Source: an uncultured Bacteroidales bacterium (GTDB taxonomy: Bacteria > Bacteroidota > Bacteroidia > Bacteroidales > VadinHA17). From it: a stretch of 64,000 nucleotides of DNA. Where the stretch lies: NCBI GenBank assembly GCA_963844935.1, contig CAWJQH010000008.1, positions 474,904 to 538,903 on the forward strand. Reading direction: 5' to 3'. Below are positions 18,120 to 28,937 of the stretch, one piece after another. Within the stretch, counting starts at the first letter, position 1, and every line of letters begins with the position of its first letter. A model generated the notes under the pieces. The model made no database searches and was not told where the DNA came from. It was given only the letters and a program-made list of their open reading frames with translations. The translations under genes and the position numbers were made by a program.

Positions 18120-20480
18120 TTATCTCCTGGTCTCAGTCATCATCTCAGCTTCTGCCATTGTGCCGGAGGAGGCCCGCAGCATCACTTTACCGGCGTTGGT
18201 GCCAGCCCTGAGAAGTATTGTTGCAATACCGGCTTCTGCCCTGACAGGATTGTCCCCTATCAGGGTTGCATTTCCCCTGACAGAGAATACAACGGTTAAG
18301 TCAGCGGTCATAACCGGGTATCCCAGTGAATCTACAAGAGTGGCATAGACAAAAACGGCATCCGAGCCGTCGGCCCGCAGGGGTTTATTACTGAAGTCGA
18401 CCGACAACCGCAGTGCAGCAGGAGGGCCAGGAGTTGTTACGGAATGAATTCCGAACTCGCTTCCGTTTCTCAGTCCCACCGCCCTTATTGTGCCAGGTGC
18501 ATATTCATCAACGGTGAAAGTGAAAGGCGGATGGCTGAGATTTACAGTACTTGCACCGTTGTCCGGTCCATGCGCCGCATAGAGCGTGTCATTGCGGAAA
18601 AGCTGCACGGTGTCTGCGTTGCTGAATACCCTGATTGTTTTTCCCGATGAGGGAAGGTTATAATATGCAATGAAGCATACTGGTCCGTCGTCGGCCTGGC
18701 TCCGGTAGAACCAGTAGGTAAATTTCGGTATCCTGAAGATATCCATTATACCGGATGATTCAATGTCCGGAGCATAACCGCGTTTATAATCGAACATCAG
18801 CCAGTTGGCATCACCGAAGCACGGTCCGTACAGATTGTCATTATGGGCTTCCTGGAAGTTATATGCCTGCTGAAGCAATCCTCTCTCTCCGGCTGAGCGC
18901 AACTGCCGTGAGTTGCGTGCAGCTGGTTCCAGATCGCTGAATTCAGTCTGATTGAAGCCGGCATTCTGTGCATAGTATTCCCAGTCGCCATATTCACATA
19001 TCAGCAACGGCTTTTTCTTACTGTATTTTTTCCAGTAGTCGGGTGCGGCGGCATGCTGCCGTGCCGGGATAAAGACATCACAGATGGTGTCCATCCAGCT
19101 GCAGGTGCAGTTATTGCCGAAAGGAAGCTCCTCCTTTACTGTCCGGTGCAATCCGGAGAGGAAGCTGTACGGCATCATAGTCTCATTAAGCGATGCTTCC
19201 CACATTACTACCGACGGATGGTTCCTGTCACGGCGGCACATGAGACGCGTGTCACGCAGGGAGGCTGCGCGGAAGATGGAGTCTCCGATGAACTGCCAGC
19301 CCGGAATGGCATCCATCACCATAAGCCCAAGCTCATCACAGGCATCAAGGAAGGCCGGGGCCGGGGGATAATGGGAACAGCGCACGAGATTGAAGCCTGC
19401 ATCCCTTATCTTATAGGCGTCACGGTAAGCTGCATTGTCGGAGAGCGCATAGCCGATGTACGGGTACTCCTGGTGCCGGTTGGTCCCGGTGATCCTCACA
19501 GGGTTTCCGTTCAGCATAAGGCCATGTACCGGGCTTATCTCCACTGATCTTATGCCTATCCGTATCTCATTGCAGTCGATGGCGTTCTTGTCAGTCTGCA
19601 GTTCTGTCCTGAGTGTGTAGAGAAAAGGCTGGTCATGTGACCAGAGAGCCGGTTGCATCACTCTCATCTCGGACATCAGCCGCCTGCTCTGTCCGGGCTC
19701 CATCTCAATCTCCTCGGAGAGGGATGCAGAGACCTGTTTTCCTGCAGCATCAAGAAGGGTATTTTTGAGATAGAATGTCCGCGGTGTTCTGTCGTCATTC
19801 CGTACCAGGACAGAGACGAGGACTGTCGCAGCATCTTCACTGACATCGCGGAAGCCCGTGATGACACCGCCTCCCAACAGGGTATCAGCTTCGGAGGCGG
19901 TTGTGATATGCAGCCTGTCACTGACATACAGCGAAACATTGCGGTAGATGCCGCTGTAATAGAGAAAATCAAGCTCAGACAGAGGTTTGCCAGGAGGTAT
20001 GGATGGATTCTCCCTGTTATCGACCCTGAGAAGGATCTCGTTCTCCCTGCCGAACCTCAGGTCATTGCTGAGATCGACATAGAATGGAACATAACCGCCT
20101 GTATGACGGGCTATCTCGGCTCCGTTCAGATAGACAATGGCATCATTCATCACTCCGTCAAAAAGAAGACCGGTATGCTGGCGGCTGTCGCTGCGTGGTG
20201 CCCTGTAGATCTTTTTGTACCAGCTGATGCCTGTCCACTGCTGATTGGTGACGACAAGCGGCTCGATGAATGCCGTATGCGGCAGAGTCACCTCTTCCCA
20301 TTTATGGTTGGGAATAATTCCCGGAAGGATCTTGTCAATATTGGCTGAATCCTGCCTGATAAACATCCAGTCGTCATTGAATGATGCCGGGAGCCCCGGT
20401 AACCGCTGCCTGTCGCACCTGGTGTTCAGAGCTGCAAAGATCACCGGAATGCACACAAAGGCAATGAATATTTTTCTCAT
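18120..20480 (-). CDS. glycoside hydrolase family 2 (beta-galactosidase/beta-glucuronidase-like), secreted
   Basis: Signal peptide present. GH2 TIM-barrel region (NRHQEYPYIGYA...FNLVRCSHYPP...NHPSVVMWEASLNE...ICEYGDWEY). 786 aa. Confidence 0.8.
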   Translation of the reverse strand: MRKIFIAFVCIPVIFAALNTRCDRQRLPGLPASFNDDWMFIRQDSANIDKILPGIIPNHKWEEVTLPHTAFIEPLVVTNQQWTGISWYKKIYRAPRSDSRQHTGLLFDGVMNDAIVYLNGAEIARHTGGYVPFYVDLSNDLRFGRENEILLRVDNRENPSIPPGKPLSELDFLYYSGIYRNVSLYVSDRLHITTASEADTLLGGGVITGFRDVSEDAATVLVSVLVRNDDRTPRTFYLKNTLLDAAGKQVSASLSEEIEMEPGQSRRLMSEMRVMQPALWSHDQPFLYTLRTELQTDKNAIDCNEIRIGIRSVEISPVHGLMLNGNPVRITGTNRHQEYPYIGYALSDNAAYRDAYKIRDAGFNLVRCSHYPPAPAFLDACDELGLMVMDAIPGWQFIGDSIFRAASLRDTRLMCRRDRNHPSVVMWEASLNETMMPYSFLSGLHRTVKEELPFGNNCTCSWMDTICDVFIPARQHAAAPDYWKKYSKKKPLLICEYGDWEYYAQNAGFNQTEFSDLEPAARNSRQLRSAGERGLLQQAYNFQEAHNDNLYGPCFGDANWLMFDYKRGYAPDIESSGIMDIFRIPKFTYWFYRSQADDGPVCFIAYYNLPSSGKTIRVFSNADTVQLFRNDTLYAAHGPDNGASTVNLSHPPFTFTVDEYAPGTIRAVGLRNGSEFGIHSVTTPGPPAALRLSVDFSNKPLRADGSDAVFVYATLVDSLGYPVMTADLTVVFSVRGNATLIGDNPVRAEAGIATILLRAGTNAGKVMLRASSGTMAEAEMMTETRR

Positions 20481-21658
20481 TATATTTCGTTAAAACCCGA
20501 GACAGGGTGTGCATAGGTGATTACATCCCTGCCGGATATTTCTTCAGGACAAAGTATTATAAGCCTCTCCAGTACATTCCTGAACTCTCTTATATTTCCG
20601 GTCCATTTGATCTTCTGCATCTCTGCTATGGCATCAGGCCTGATTTTTTTCTTTACCATTCCGTACTCATTGCAGATAAGGGTATTGAAGTAGTCAGCGA
20701 GGAGTGGTATGTCTTCACTGCGCTCATTCAGCGTTGGCACATGTATCAGAATGACACTCAGCCGGTGGTAAAGATCTTCCCTGAATGTATTCCGGTCTAT
20801 CTCGCCACGGATATTCTTGTTTGTCGCGGCAATCACCCTGACATCGACGTTTATATCCTTATCAGATCCCACCCGTGTGATCTTGTTCTCCTGAAGAGCT
20901 CTCAGTACCTTGGCCTGGGCGGCAAGGCTCATGTCTCCCACCTCATCAAGGAAGATAGTGCCACCGGACGCCTGTTCAAATTTGCCTATGCGTTGCTTGA
21001 TGGCTGATGTGAATGATCCTTTTTCATGGCCGAATAGCTCACTCTCAATCAGTTCTGAAGGGATGGCAGCGCAGTTGACCTCTACGAACGGCCCCCGGGC
21101 GCGGCTGCTTTTCTCATGAATCTGGTGGGCTACGAGCTCCTTGCCTGTGCCGTTGGCGCCGGTTATAAGCACACGGGCCTCGGTGGGAGCAACCCTGTCT
21201 ATCATCTCCTTAACAATCATGATGGCCGCAGACGTGCCCACAATCTCGAATTTTTTGCTGACCTGTTTCTTCAGGACTTTTGTCTGTGAGATAAGAGAAC
21301 CTCTTTCAAGGGCGTTACGTATGGTGATGAGAAGACGGTTCAGGTCAAGCGGTTTTTCCAGGAAATCAAAGGCGCCCTTCTTGATTGAATCGACTGCCGT
21401 ATCAATATTCCCGTGACCCGAAATCATTATTACAGGCACATCGGTAGAAATCTCAAGCAGCTTCTGCAAGACCTCAATGCCATCCATTTTGGCCATCTTG
21501 ATGTCGCACAGCACGACATCAAACGCATCCTGGGAGAACATGTCTATTCCTGAGACGCCGTCCTCCGCAAGGAATACTTCATATTTCTCATATTCAAGAA
21601 CATCCTTCAGGGTGTTCCTTATTGACTTTTCGTCGTCAACGACTAATATTTTGGGCAT
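20480..21658 (-). CDS. sigma-54-dependent response regulator (receiver + AAA+ domain) without a recognisable C-terminal HTH
   Basis: Receiver domain ([12 protein letters not shown]...[14 protein letters not shown]). AAA+ Walker [15 protein letters not shown]-type loop reads GSFTSA. The protein ends about 35 aa after the AAA+ lid, at 392 aa. Confidence 0.85.
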   Translation of the reverse strand: MPKILVVDDEKSIRNTLKDVLEYEKYEVFLAEDGVSGIDMFSQDAFDVVLCDIKMAKMDGIEVLQKLLEISTDVPVIMISGHGNIDTAVDSIKKGAFDFLEKPLDLNRLLITIRNALERGSLISQTKVLKKQVSKKFEIVGTSAAIMIVKEMIDRVAPTEARVLITGANGTGKELVAHQIHEKSSRARGPFVEVNCAAIPSELIESELFGHEKGSFTSAIKQRIGKFEQASGGTIFLDEVGDMSLAAQAKVLRALQENKITRVGSDKDINVDVRVIAATNKNIRGEIDRNTFREDLYHRLSVILIHVPTLNERSEDIPLLADYFNTLICNEYGMVKKKIRPDAIAEMQKIKWTGNIREFRNVLERLIILCPEEISGRDVITYAHPVSGFNEI

Positions 21659-21670
21659 TACAGATCTTTT

Positions 21671-23023
21671 TTATCCTTTGTATGTCAGCCACTTCCAAAT
21701 TTCCCTGTAGGATGTCTTCTTCCCGTACATGAGTATTCCGGTACGGTAAATCCTGGCAGCCATCCATACGCAGCCGAAAATTGTTACAAGCATTAATGCC
21801 ATCGAAAGCGCGATCTCCCATGCGGGTACATCAAACGGAATTCTTGCCACCATAACTATTGGAGATGTGAGAGGGATCAGGGAGAACCAGAATGAGACCG
21901 AGCTTTCGGGATTCTGCATCGTCGCCATGGCCACAAACAGGCCAAGGAGAATGGGAATGGTGACCGGAAGCATGAACTGCTGTGTCTCAGTCTCATTGTC
22001 CACTGCCGATCCGATAGCTGCAAAGAGCGAAGCATACAGCAGGTACCCGGTAATAAAATAGAATGCAAAGGCAAAAATAATGAGGCCCCAGGGCTGGTTC
22101 AGCGCGCTGGCAAAGACCGACTGAAACTCGGTCATCTGCGTTTCAACGGCAGCAGCTGCATCAGCGCTGCCCGCTGCAGGCTCAGCCTGTGCGAAGCTCT
22201 GAGGGAGCTGCTGCATCTGCTCCATGGTACCCTCGGGTAGTAATTTCGACTGTGCCACGGCAACTATGGCCACGGTCAGCAGTATCCATACGGCGAACTG
22301 CGTCAGCCCGACAAGGGCAATGCCGATGATCTTGCCGAGCATAAGCTGGATTGGCTTTACCGAAGATATGATCACTTCCACTATGCGGCTTGTCTTTTCT
22401 TCAATCACACCACGCATCACCTGCGAGCCGAACATAAAGACAAGCATATACATGAGAAGACCGCTGATATAGGCCAGGGCCATCGCAAACCCCGTGCTTG
22501 TTGTCTTTGCTTCGCCTGTCTCATCGATCTTTATGGTCTGCAGGTCGACGCTTGCACTGATGCTCTTAAGTATCTCATCGAGGTTCTCGATATTGTACGA
22601 CAGCAGCTTTTTCTTCTCAAGTTCCTTCCTGAGGGAGTTGTTAATGTGATCGGTAAGACCTATCGGCGGCTGCTGCTTTGAGATCAGCTGGACAGCTGTA
22701 GGCACCTGGACAAGCAGGTCTGATATATACAATACCCCGTAATAGCCCTTCTCACTGAAATTGTTTTTGATATCGTTTATGTTTGTATTCGGAAGGAACT
22801 CAAAATCCGCTTCCTTCGTATCCGGTATCACATCCCGGTAAAGGTCACTGTCACCGACAACGGCTATCTTCTTAAAATCCTTGTCCTGATTAGACATCAG
22901 GAGGGCCGGAATGACAAAAACCAGGGCTATGAGAAACGGTGTCAGCAGGGTCATTATGATGAATGACTTTTTACGAACCCTGGTTGTATATTCTCTCTGA
23001 ATTATCAATGATGTTTTGTTCAT
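21671..23023 (-). CDS. ABC-2 type transporter permease (NatB-like, large extracytoplasmic loop)
   Basis: 450 aa: an N-terminal TM, a ~150 aa loop, then 5 TMs. It starts 3 nt after the ATPase gene. Confidence 0.7.
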   Translation of the reverse strand: MNKTSLIIQREYTTRVRKKSFIIMTLLTPFLIALVFVIPALLMSNQDKDFKKIAVVGDSDLYRDVIPDTKEADFEFLPNTNINDIKNNFSEKGYYGVLYISDLLVQVPTAVQLISKQQPPIGLTDHINNSLRKELEKKKLLSYNIENLDEILKSISASVDLQTIKIDETGEAKTTSTGFAMALAYISGLLMYMLVFMFGSQVMRGVIEEKTSRIVEVIISSVKPIQLMLGKIIGIALVGLTQFAVWILLTVAIVAVAQSKLLPEGTMEQMQQLPQSFAQAEPAAGSADAAAAVETQMTEFQSVFASALNQPWGLIIFAFAFYFITGYLLYASLFAAIGSAVDNETETQQFMLPVTIPILLGLFVAMATMQNPESSVSFWFSLIPLTSPIVMVARIPFDVPAWEIALSMALMLVTIFGCVWMAARIYRTGILMYGKKTSYREIWKWLTYKG

Positions 23024-23026
23024 GGC

Positions 23027-23968
<942 letters not shown>

Positions 23969-24058
23969 TAAATGTTAGTCCGGGAAATTCAAAGATATAA
24001 AAAAGGTTGACACGCACATTGTATCGCGTATCAACCCACTTATTCGTCAGCCGGTATT

Positions 24059-25207
24059 TCAGGAAAAATAGTTCTTCACCCTGTCGAAAAAGCCTTTGTC
24101 ATCTGCATCAGGTTTGGGAACGAATGTCTGCGAGTTGCGGTACTGTTCCATCATTTTCTGTTCTTCCCTCGACAGGTTCTTAGGCACCCAGACATTTACA
24201 TTCACAAGCAGGTCGCCCTTGCCGTAACCGTTTACATCGGGCAGCCCCTTGCCTCTCAGGCGGAGTATCTTTCCGCCCTGGGTTCCGGGGTCTATCTTGA
24301 TCCTTACCTTTCCCTCCAGCGTGGGCACTTCTACATTGGCGCCCAGGATGGCATCAGGGATGCTGATAAAAAGATTGTATATCAGATCATTGCCTTCACG
24401 GATCAGTTCATCGTGCGGTTCTTCGTCAATGACGACTATCAGGTCACCGTTAACACCTCCCCGGCGTGCCGCATTTCCCTTACCCGTCATTGAGAGCTGC
24501 ATGCCGGCAGAAAGACCTGCGGGAATTGATATAGGTATCACCTCTTCTGCCTGGGTTATCCCCTCGCCATAGCACTTATGGCATTTTTTCGTTATGACCT
24601 TACCCTCACCGCCGCACACATTGCACGGGGCAGTGGTCTGCATCTGGCCCAGTATTGTATTCATCACCCTGGTTGTATGCCCTGAGCCCTTACAGGCTGA
24701 ACAGGTGGTGACATCACTTTCTGAGGCCGCACCGCTGCCATGACAGACGTTGCAGGCCACGTACTTGGTGACCTTTACCTTCTTTTCGGCTCCCCTGGCA
24801 AACTCTTCAAGGGTAAGCTTCACCTTAAGCCTGAGGTTTGTTCCCTTGTTGACATTGCGCGATCTTCCTCCCCTGCTTCGTCCTCCGAAGGCACCTCCGA
24901 AGGCATCTCCGAAGATATCACCGAATGAGGAGAAGATATCTTCCATTGTCATACCTCCGCCAAAGCCGCCACCCATGTTATTGCCCATGCCGGCGTGCCC
25001 GAACTGGTCATACCTGGCTTTCTTCTCATCGTTGCTGAGCACCTCGTATGCCTCGGCTGCTTCCTTGAACTTCTCCTCAGCATCCTTGTTCCCGGGGTTC
25101 TTGTCAGGATGAAATTTCAGGGCCTGCTTGCGGTAGGCCTTCTTTATCTCATCCTTGGAGGCTCCTTTGCTGACACCCAATACTTCGTAATAGTCTCTTT
25201 TCGACAT
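24059..25207 (-). CDS. dnaJ: molecular chaperone DnaJ
   Basis: J domain with the HPD motif ([10 protein letters not shown]), a G/F region, and four CxxCxGxG zinc-finger repeats. Confidence 0.95.
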   Translation of the reverse strand: MSKRDYYEVLGVSKGASKDEIKKAYRKQALKFHPDKNPGNKDAEEKFKEAAEAYEVLSNDEKKARYDQFGHAGMGNNMGGGFGGGMTMEDIFSSFGDIFGDAFGGAFGGRSRGGRSRNVNKGTNLRLKVKLTLEEFARGAEKKVKVTKYVACNVCHGSGAASESDVTTCSACKGSGHTTRVMNTILGQMQTTAPCNVCGGEGKVITKKCHKCYGEGITQAEEVIPISIPAGLSAGMQLSMTGKGNAARRGGVNGDLIVVIDEEPHDELIREGNDLIYNLFISIPDAILGANVEVPTLEGKVRIKIDPGTQGGKILRLRGKGLPDVNGYGKGDLLVNVNVWVPKNLSREEQKMMEQYRNSQTFVPKPDADDKGFFDRVKNYFS

Positions 25208-25230
25208 TTTTCAGCTTAACCGTATTGTAT

Positions 25231-25821
25231 TTATTCCCCTACAACAACTTTAGGAAACCGGATCACCTTCTCGTGAAGAGTGTATCCTTTCCGGATTACC
25301 TCTATAACCATGCCCTTCAATGATTCATCATCAACAGGCGTGCTTGTCACCGCTTCATGAATATCAGGATTGAACGGTTCATTGATTGCTTTAATCTCAG
25401 TGACCCCGTTCTGTTTCAGAAAGGCAGACAGCTTTGTATTGATCAGTTCAAGGCCCTGTTTGATTGCTGTACAGTCATCCGTGTCGCCCATTGAGAGGAT
25501 AGCCCTGTCAAAATCGTCGACAACAGGAAGTAAGCTTATGATAACAGACTCACCGCCTGTTCTGGAGAGCTCTATCTTTTCACGCAGCGTTCTTTTCCTG
25601 TAGTTGTCAAACTCTGCCGAGAGCCGTATGTACTTATCCTGCATTTCTGTCAGTTTTCTGGTCAGTTCTTCTTCTGGTGATGACTGTTCGGAAGGGTTAG
25701 TCTCTCCTGCAGTTGCGGAGCCCTCTGTTGCGCCTGTTTCTGTATTGGCTTGATTTTCAATTATTTCATCTGATGACACGGGTTCACCCTGTCTCTCTTC
25801 GTGACTTTTCTTCTTTACCAT
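25231..25821 (-). CDS. grpE: nucleotide exchange factor GrpE
   Basis: 196 aa with the coiled-coil region YIRLSAEFDNYRKR and the C-terminal GYTLHEKVIRFPKVVV. Lies directly upstream of dnaJ. Confidence 0.9.
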   Translation of the reverse strand: MVKKKSHEERQGEPVSSDEIIENQANTETGATEGSATAGETNPSEQSSPEEELTRKLTEMQDKYIRLSAEFDNYRKRTLREKIELSRTGGESVIISLLPVVDDFDRAILSMGDTDDCTAIKQGLELINTKLSAFLKQNGVTEIKAINEPFNPDIHEAVTSTPVDDESLKGMVIEVIRKGYTLHEKVIRFPKVVVGE

Positions 25822-25893
25822 GATAAAAATACTTTTCTACTGGCCTTTTTAGCAAAATGCCGGCCACACTCACAAACATGACAAAGTGTCAAC

Positions 25894-26277
25894 CTAGAGG
25901 GTAAAAGCAACAGCCTCGATCTCCACCAGGGCGTTATGATGAAGGCCAGCAACAGTAATGATTGATCTGGCAGGCTGTATCGGGCCGAAGAAGTCGGCAT
26001 ACACCCTGTTGACTTCCTCCCAGTGCTTCACCTCAGTTGTATAGATGGTTGTCCTGGCAATTGTGGTTATGTCTCCGCCGGCTGCCCTGACAATGCTCAG
26101 GACATTATTCAGGGCCTGAAGTGTCTGACTGCTTATATCACCGGCAATAACATCGCCAGCCAGCGGAACGACCGGCAACTGCCCTGAAACGAAAATTACA
26201 TCACCTGCCACGGCGCCCTGGGAGTAGTGGCCTGCAGGCAATGGTGCATCATATGTGTTTATGCTTGTGATCTTCAT
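25894..26277 (-). CDS. RidA/YjgF family reactive-intermediate deaminase
   Basis: 127 aa with typical RidA motifs (YSQG...GQLP...ARSIITVAGL...VEIEAVA). Confidence 0.85.
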   Translation of the reverse strand: MKITSINTYDAPLPAGHYSQGAVAGDVIFVSGQLPVVPLAGDVIAGDISSQTLQALNNVLSIVRAAGGDITTIARTTIYTTEVKHWEEVNRVYADFFGPIQPARSIITVAGLHHNALVEIEAVAFTL

Positions 26278-26296
26278 GATACTCAGTTTTGTTCCG

Positions 26297-26959
26297 TTAA
26301 TAACCGGTTTTATGTTTCTTTTTGCCCAGCTTGTTGGATCTTCCCTGGTACTTGTCCTGAGGTCTTCCCTGATAGCGTCCCTGGGTCTTGTTCTTTGGCG
26401 GCGCCAGAATTTCTTTGATGTCAGGCATCCTGAAGTTCTCAGGAGCCTTTAGCCTTCCCCCTGAAATGGCCGAGAGATCTCTGATGATCAGCTCATCAGC
26501 GACCTGTGCCTTGTTCCATGTGATGTAGTCCTTCTTCATCTGGTTGAGGATAAGGACTGTGAGATATTCTTTTTCCTCTCCGTCATCCATTGCTGAAGCT
26601 GCATCAATAAGAGCCGGAACAATACGGCCGTAATGGGCGTATTTGATCTCGCCGTTATGGTAGGGAACCTTGTCAGGTTTGGCATCGAGCTTTGTTCTGT
26701 CAGGTGCAGGGTAAGGCGAATCAACATCCAGGTCAAAATCAGCAATTATCATCAGGTGATCCCAGAGCTTGTGCTTGTAGTCGGTCACTTCACGCAGGTT
26801 GGGATTGAGGTTGCTCATTATCTGGATAATGCTCCTTGCAGCCCTGTTCCTCTCTTCAGGATCTTTAATTGTTTTAATATGCTCTATCATTTTGAGGACA
26901 TTCCTTCCGTATTCCGGCAGGGACATCTTTTTTCGCTGTGTGTTGTAATCGAAACTCAT
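26297..26959 (-). CDS. DUF4290-like protein with basic C-terminal tail
   Basis: The N-terminus (YNTQRKKMSLPEYGRNVLKMIEH) resembles the Bacteroidota DUF4290 family. The C-terminal K/R/Q/G-rich tail contains two QGR(Y/P)Q-like repeats. Confidence 0.55.
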   Translation of the reverse strand: MSFDYNTQRKKMSLPEYGRNVLKMIEHIKTIKDPEERNRAARSIIQIMSNLNPNLREVTDYKHKLWDHLMIIADFDLDVDSPYPAPDRTKLDAKPDKVPYHNGEIKYAHYGRIVPALIDAASAMDDGEEKEYLTVLILNQMKKDYITWNKAQVADELIIRDLSAISGGRLKAPENFRMPDIKEILAPPKNKTQGRYQGRPQDKYQGRSNKLGKKKHKTGY

Positions 26960-26998
26960 CCGTTGAAATTTTTGGCAAAGCTAATAAATATTTGTGTC

Positions 26999-27709
26999 TC
27001 AGAGGCCGAGAAACTGAATGGCAAGCCCTGAAACAAGTATTGTGGCACCTGCAATCACATTTACATAACGTTCCAGGGGTCTGAGATTTATCCGGCTCAG
27101 TCCGAGCCTGAATGCAAGGACGACCGACATCATGGTGGCAATTGTCACCACGGAAAAGAGCAGGGAAACTATAATTACGCCATGGATATTGTTCTCCGCG
27201 GCAGGATACATCACAATGGGAATAAGCGGTTCACATGGTCCCAGCACGAATATGAGAAACAGTATCCATGGGGTCATGTTTTTCCTGTTCTCCAGGTGGA
27301 TGTGTGAATGACCGCTGAAATGACCATGCTCATGTTTATGATCGGTGCCGTCAGTGTGGTGATGGGCATGAACGTGCTCCTTTTTGCGGTAGAGTGAGCG
27401 GAGGCTGACCAGCATATAAACAAGACCGAAGGCTATCAGGAGCCAGGCAGCAATGTTACCCCTGAATGATTCAAAGAACTCCAGTTTTGAGAGTGATATT
27501 CCCGCTCCGATTCCGATGAAGCCGACAATGACTGAGCTCAGCACATGCCCGAGACCGCACAGGAATGTTATCAGCATTGTTCTGCGGACAGTCCACCGCC
27601 TGGCTTCGCCCATTACAATGAAGGGGATATAATGATCGGGCCCCACGATTGTATGAATGAACCCGATGGTGACTGCGGTGCCCGCCAGCAGTAATGTTGA
27701 GCCTTCCAT
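26999..27709 (-). CDS. NicO/RcnA-like metal (Ni/Co) transporter with histidine-rich loop
   Basis: 236 aa with 6 TMs. GFIHTIVGPDH in TM1 is comparable to the RcnA motif HGLEPGH. The central loop reads HVHAHHHTDGTDHKHEHGHFSGHSHIH. The second half carries LGPCEPLIP. Confidence 0.5.
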   Translation of the reverse strand: MEGSTLLLAGTAVTIGFIHTIVGPDHYIPFIVMGEARRWTVRRTMLITFLCGLGHVLSSVIVGFIGIGAGISLSKLEFFESFRGNIAAWLLIAFGLVYMLVSLRSLYRKKEHVHAHHHTDGTDHKHEHGHFSGHSHIHLENRKNMTPWILFLIFVLGPCEPLIPIVMYPAAENNIHGVIIVSLLFSVVTIATMMSVVLAFRLGLSRINLRPLERYVNVIAGATILVSGLAIQFLGL

Positions 27710-27754
27710 TATTTCCCTGATCCTGTTACAAATATATCAATTATGCGTGATCCT

Positions 27755-28927
27755 TTACTTAATTTGATCTGTCCACATGTCAAACGCACTTATTACCTCG
27801 CCGAAGCCGGTGTTCTGGCTGTTCAGGAGCCGGCGTGCATTGCTCAAAAAGATCATCATTGAATTATAGTCAGACGAAGACCGGAAGAATTCGGCATTGT
27901 ACTCATACTCCGAACAGGGCAGTATGAAGAACATGCGTTTTCCGTTTTCAGAAGGGGTGTAGACCCAGGTAAGGATATATCCTGCTTCAGTTATAAAGAC
28001 CCTGTCACCTCTTCTGGTCAGCTCCAGACAGATCATTGCTCCTCCGTCCCTTCTCTGCTGACGCTGGTTTGATACGAAATTGCCCATTGACCACACGACA
28101 GGCCGGGTCAATCCTGTGGAATCGACAGATGCTGTCATCGGCTGTATCACATGAGGATGCGAACCGATGATTATATCAGCGCCGCTTCTGAACATGGCAT
28201 CCGCCAGAAGCTTCTGTTCAGCGGAGGGGAGGGTGTCATATTCCGTTCCCCAGTGAACGCTCACTATGACCAGGTCAGCTCCCCTTTCAGCAGAAGACTT
28301 AATGTCATTTCCGATCCGTACTGTGTCTATGTAAGAAACAATTGCAGGAGGCGGCACCACTATCCCGTTGGTCCCGTAAGTATAACTGAGCAATGCCAGG
28401 GTGATACCCTTTGCGGTAATCATCAGAGGTGTCAGGGTGTCTCTTGCTTCACTGTTAACCCATGTGCCGGTATGCCTGATACTGAGACTGTCAAGTACCC
28501 TGATTGTCCGGGTTATTCCCTTTGGTCCGCGGTCTGCAGCATGATTGTTTGCCGTGGTCAGGATGTCAAAACCGGCATCCCTGCATGCCTGTGCCAGCGC
28601 ATCCGGTGAGCTGAAGGCGGGATACCCCTTGTAAGGTTTGCCGCCCAGGGTGACTTCGAGGTTGCCGATGGCAACATCAGCCGCACTTAAAAGCGGGGAG
28701 ACATACCTGAAAACACTGTCGTAAGAATAAGTCCCGGCGGAATCATCCCAGGCTGATAAGATCTGTCCGTCGTGACCCATGATGTCACCCGTGAACATGA
28801 TTGTGAGTACGCTGTCAGCTTCCTGACCGGCCGGCGGCACAGCAGGCAGGCTGTCAGCCTCCTGGCCGGCAGACAGCCTGGGCAGGAGCAGGGCAACTAA
28901 AAACAGGCTGGTCTTCAGAAATCTCAT
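27755..28927 (-). CDS. CapA/PGA_cap family metallophosphoesterase-like protein, secreted
   Basis: Motifs FTGDIMGHD, ANNHAADRG, VSVHWGTEY and GSHPHVIQP. The start is taken at MRFLKTSLF (signal peptide), which also avoids overlap with the upstream gene. The ORF stays open up to 28984. Confidence 0.8.
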   Translation of the reverse strand: MRFLKTSLFLVALLLPRLSAGQEADSLPAVPPAGQEADSVLTIMFTGDIMGHDGQILSAWDDSAGTYSYDSVFRYVSPLLSAADVAIGNLEVTLGGKPYKGYPAFSSPDALAQACRDAGFDILTTANNHAADRGPKGITRTIRVLDSLSIRHTGTWVNSEARDTLTPLMITAKGITLALLSYTYGTNGIVVPPPAIVSYIDTVRIGNDIKSSAERGADLVIVSVHWGTEYDTLPSAEQKLLADAMFRSGADIIIGSHPHVIQPMTASVDSTGLTRPVVWSMGNFVSNQRQQRRDGGAMICLELTRRGDRVFITEAGYILTWVYTPSENGKRMFFILPCSEYEYNAEFFRSSSDYNSMMIFLSNARRLLNSQNTGFGEVISAFDMWTDQIK

Positions 28928-28937
28928 ATCCTTATGT

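Noticed and set aside
19653-20348. 231 aa plus-strand ORF inside the GH2 gene, plus the neighbouring ORFs 19053..19547 and 19084..19371
   Set aside because: They are antisense to the GH2 catalytic domain, which has clear family motifs. No independent signals support them.
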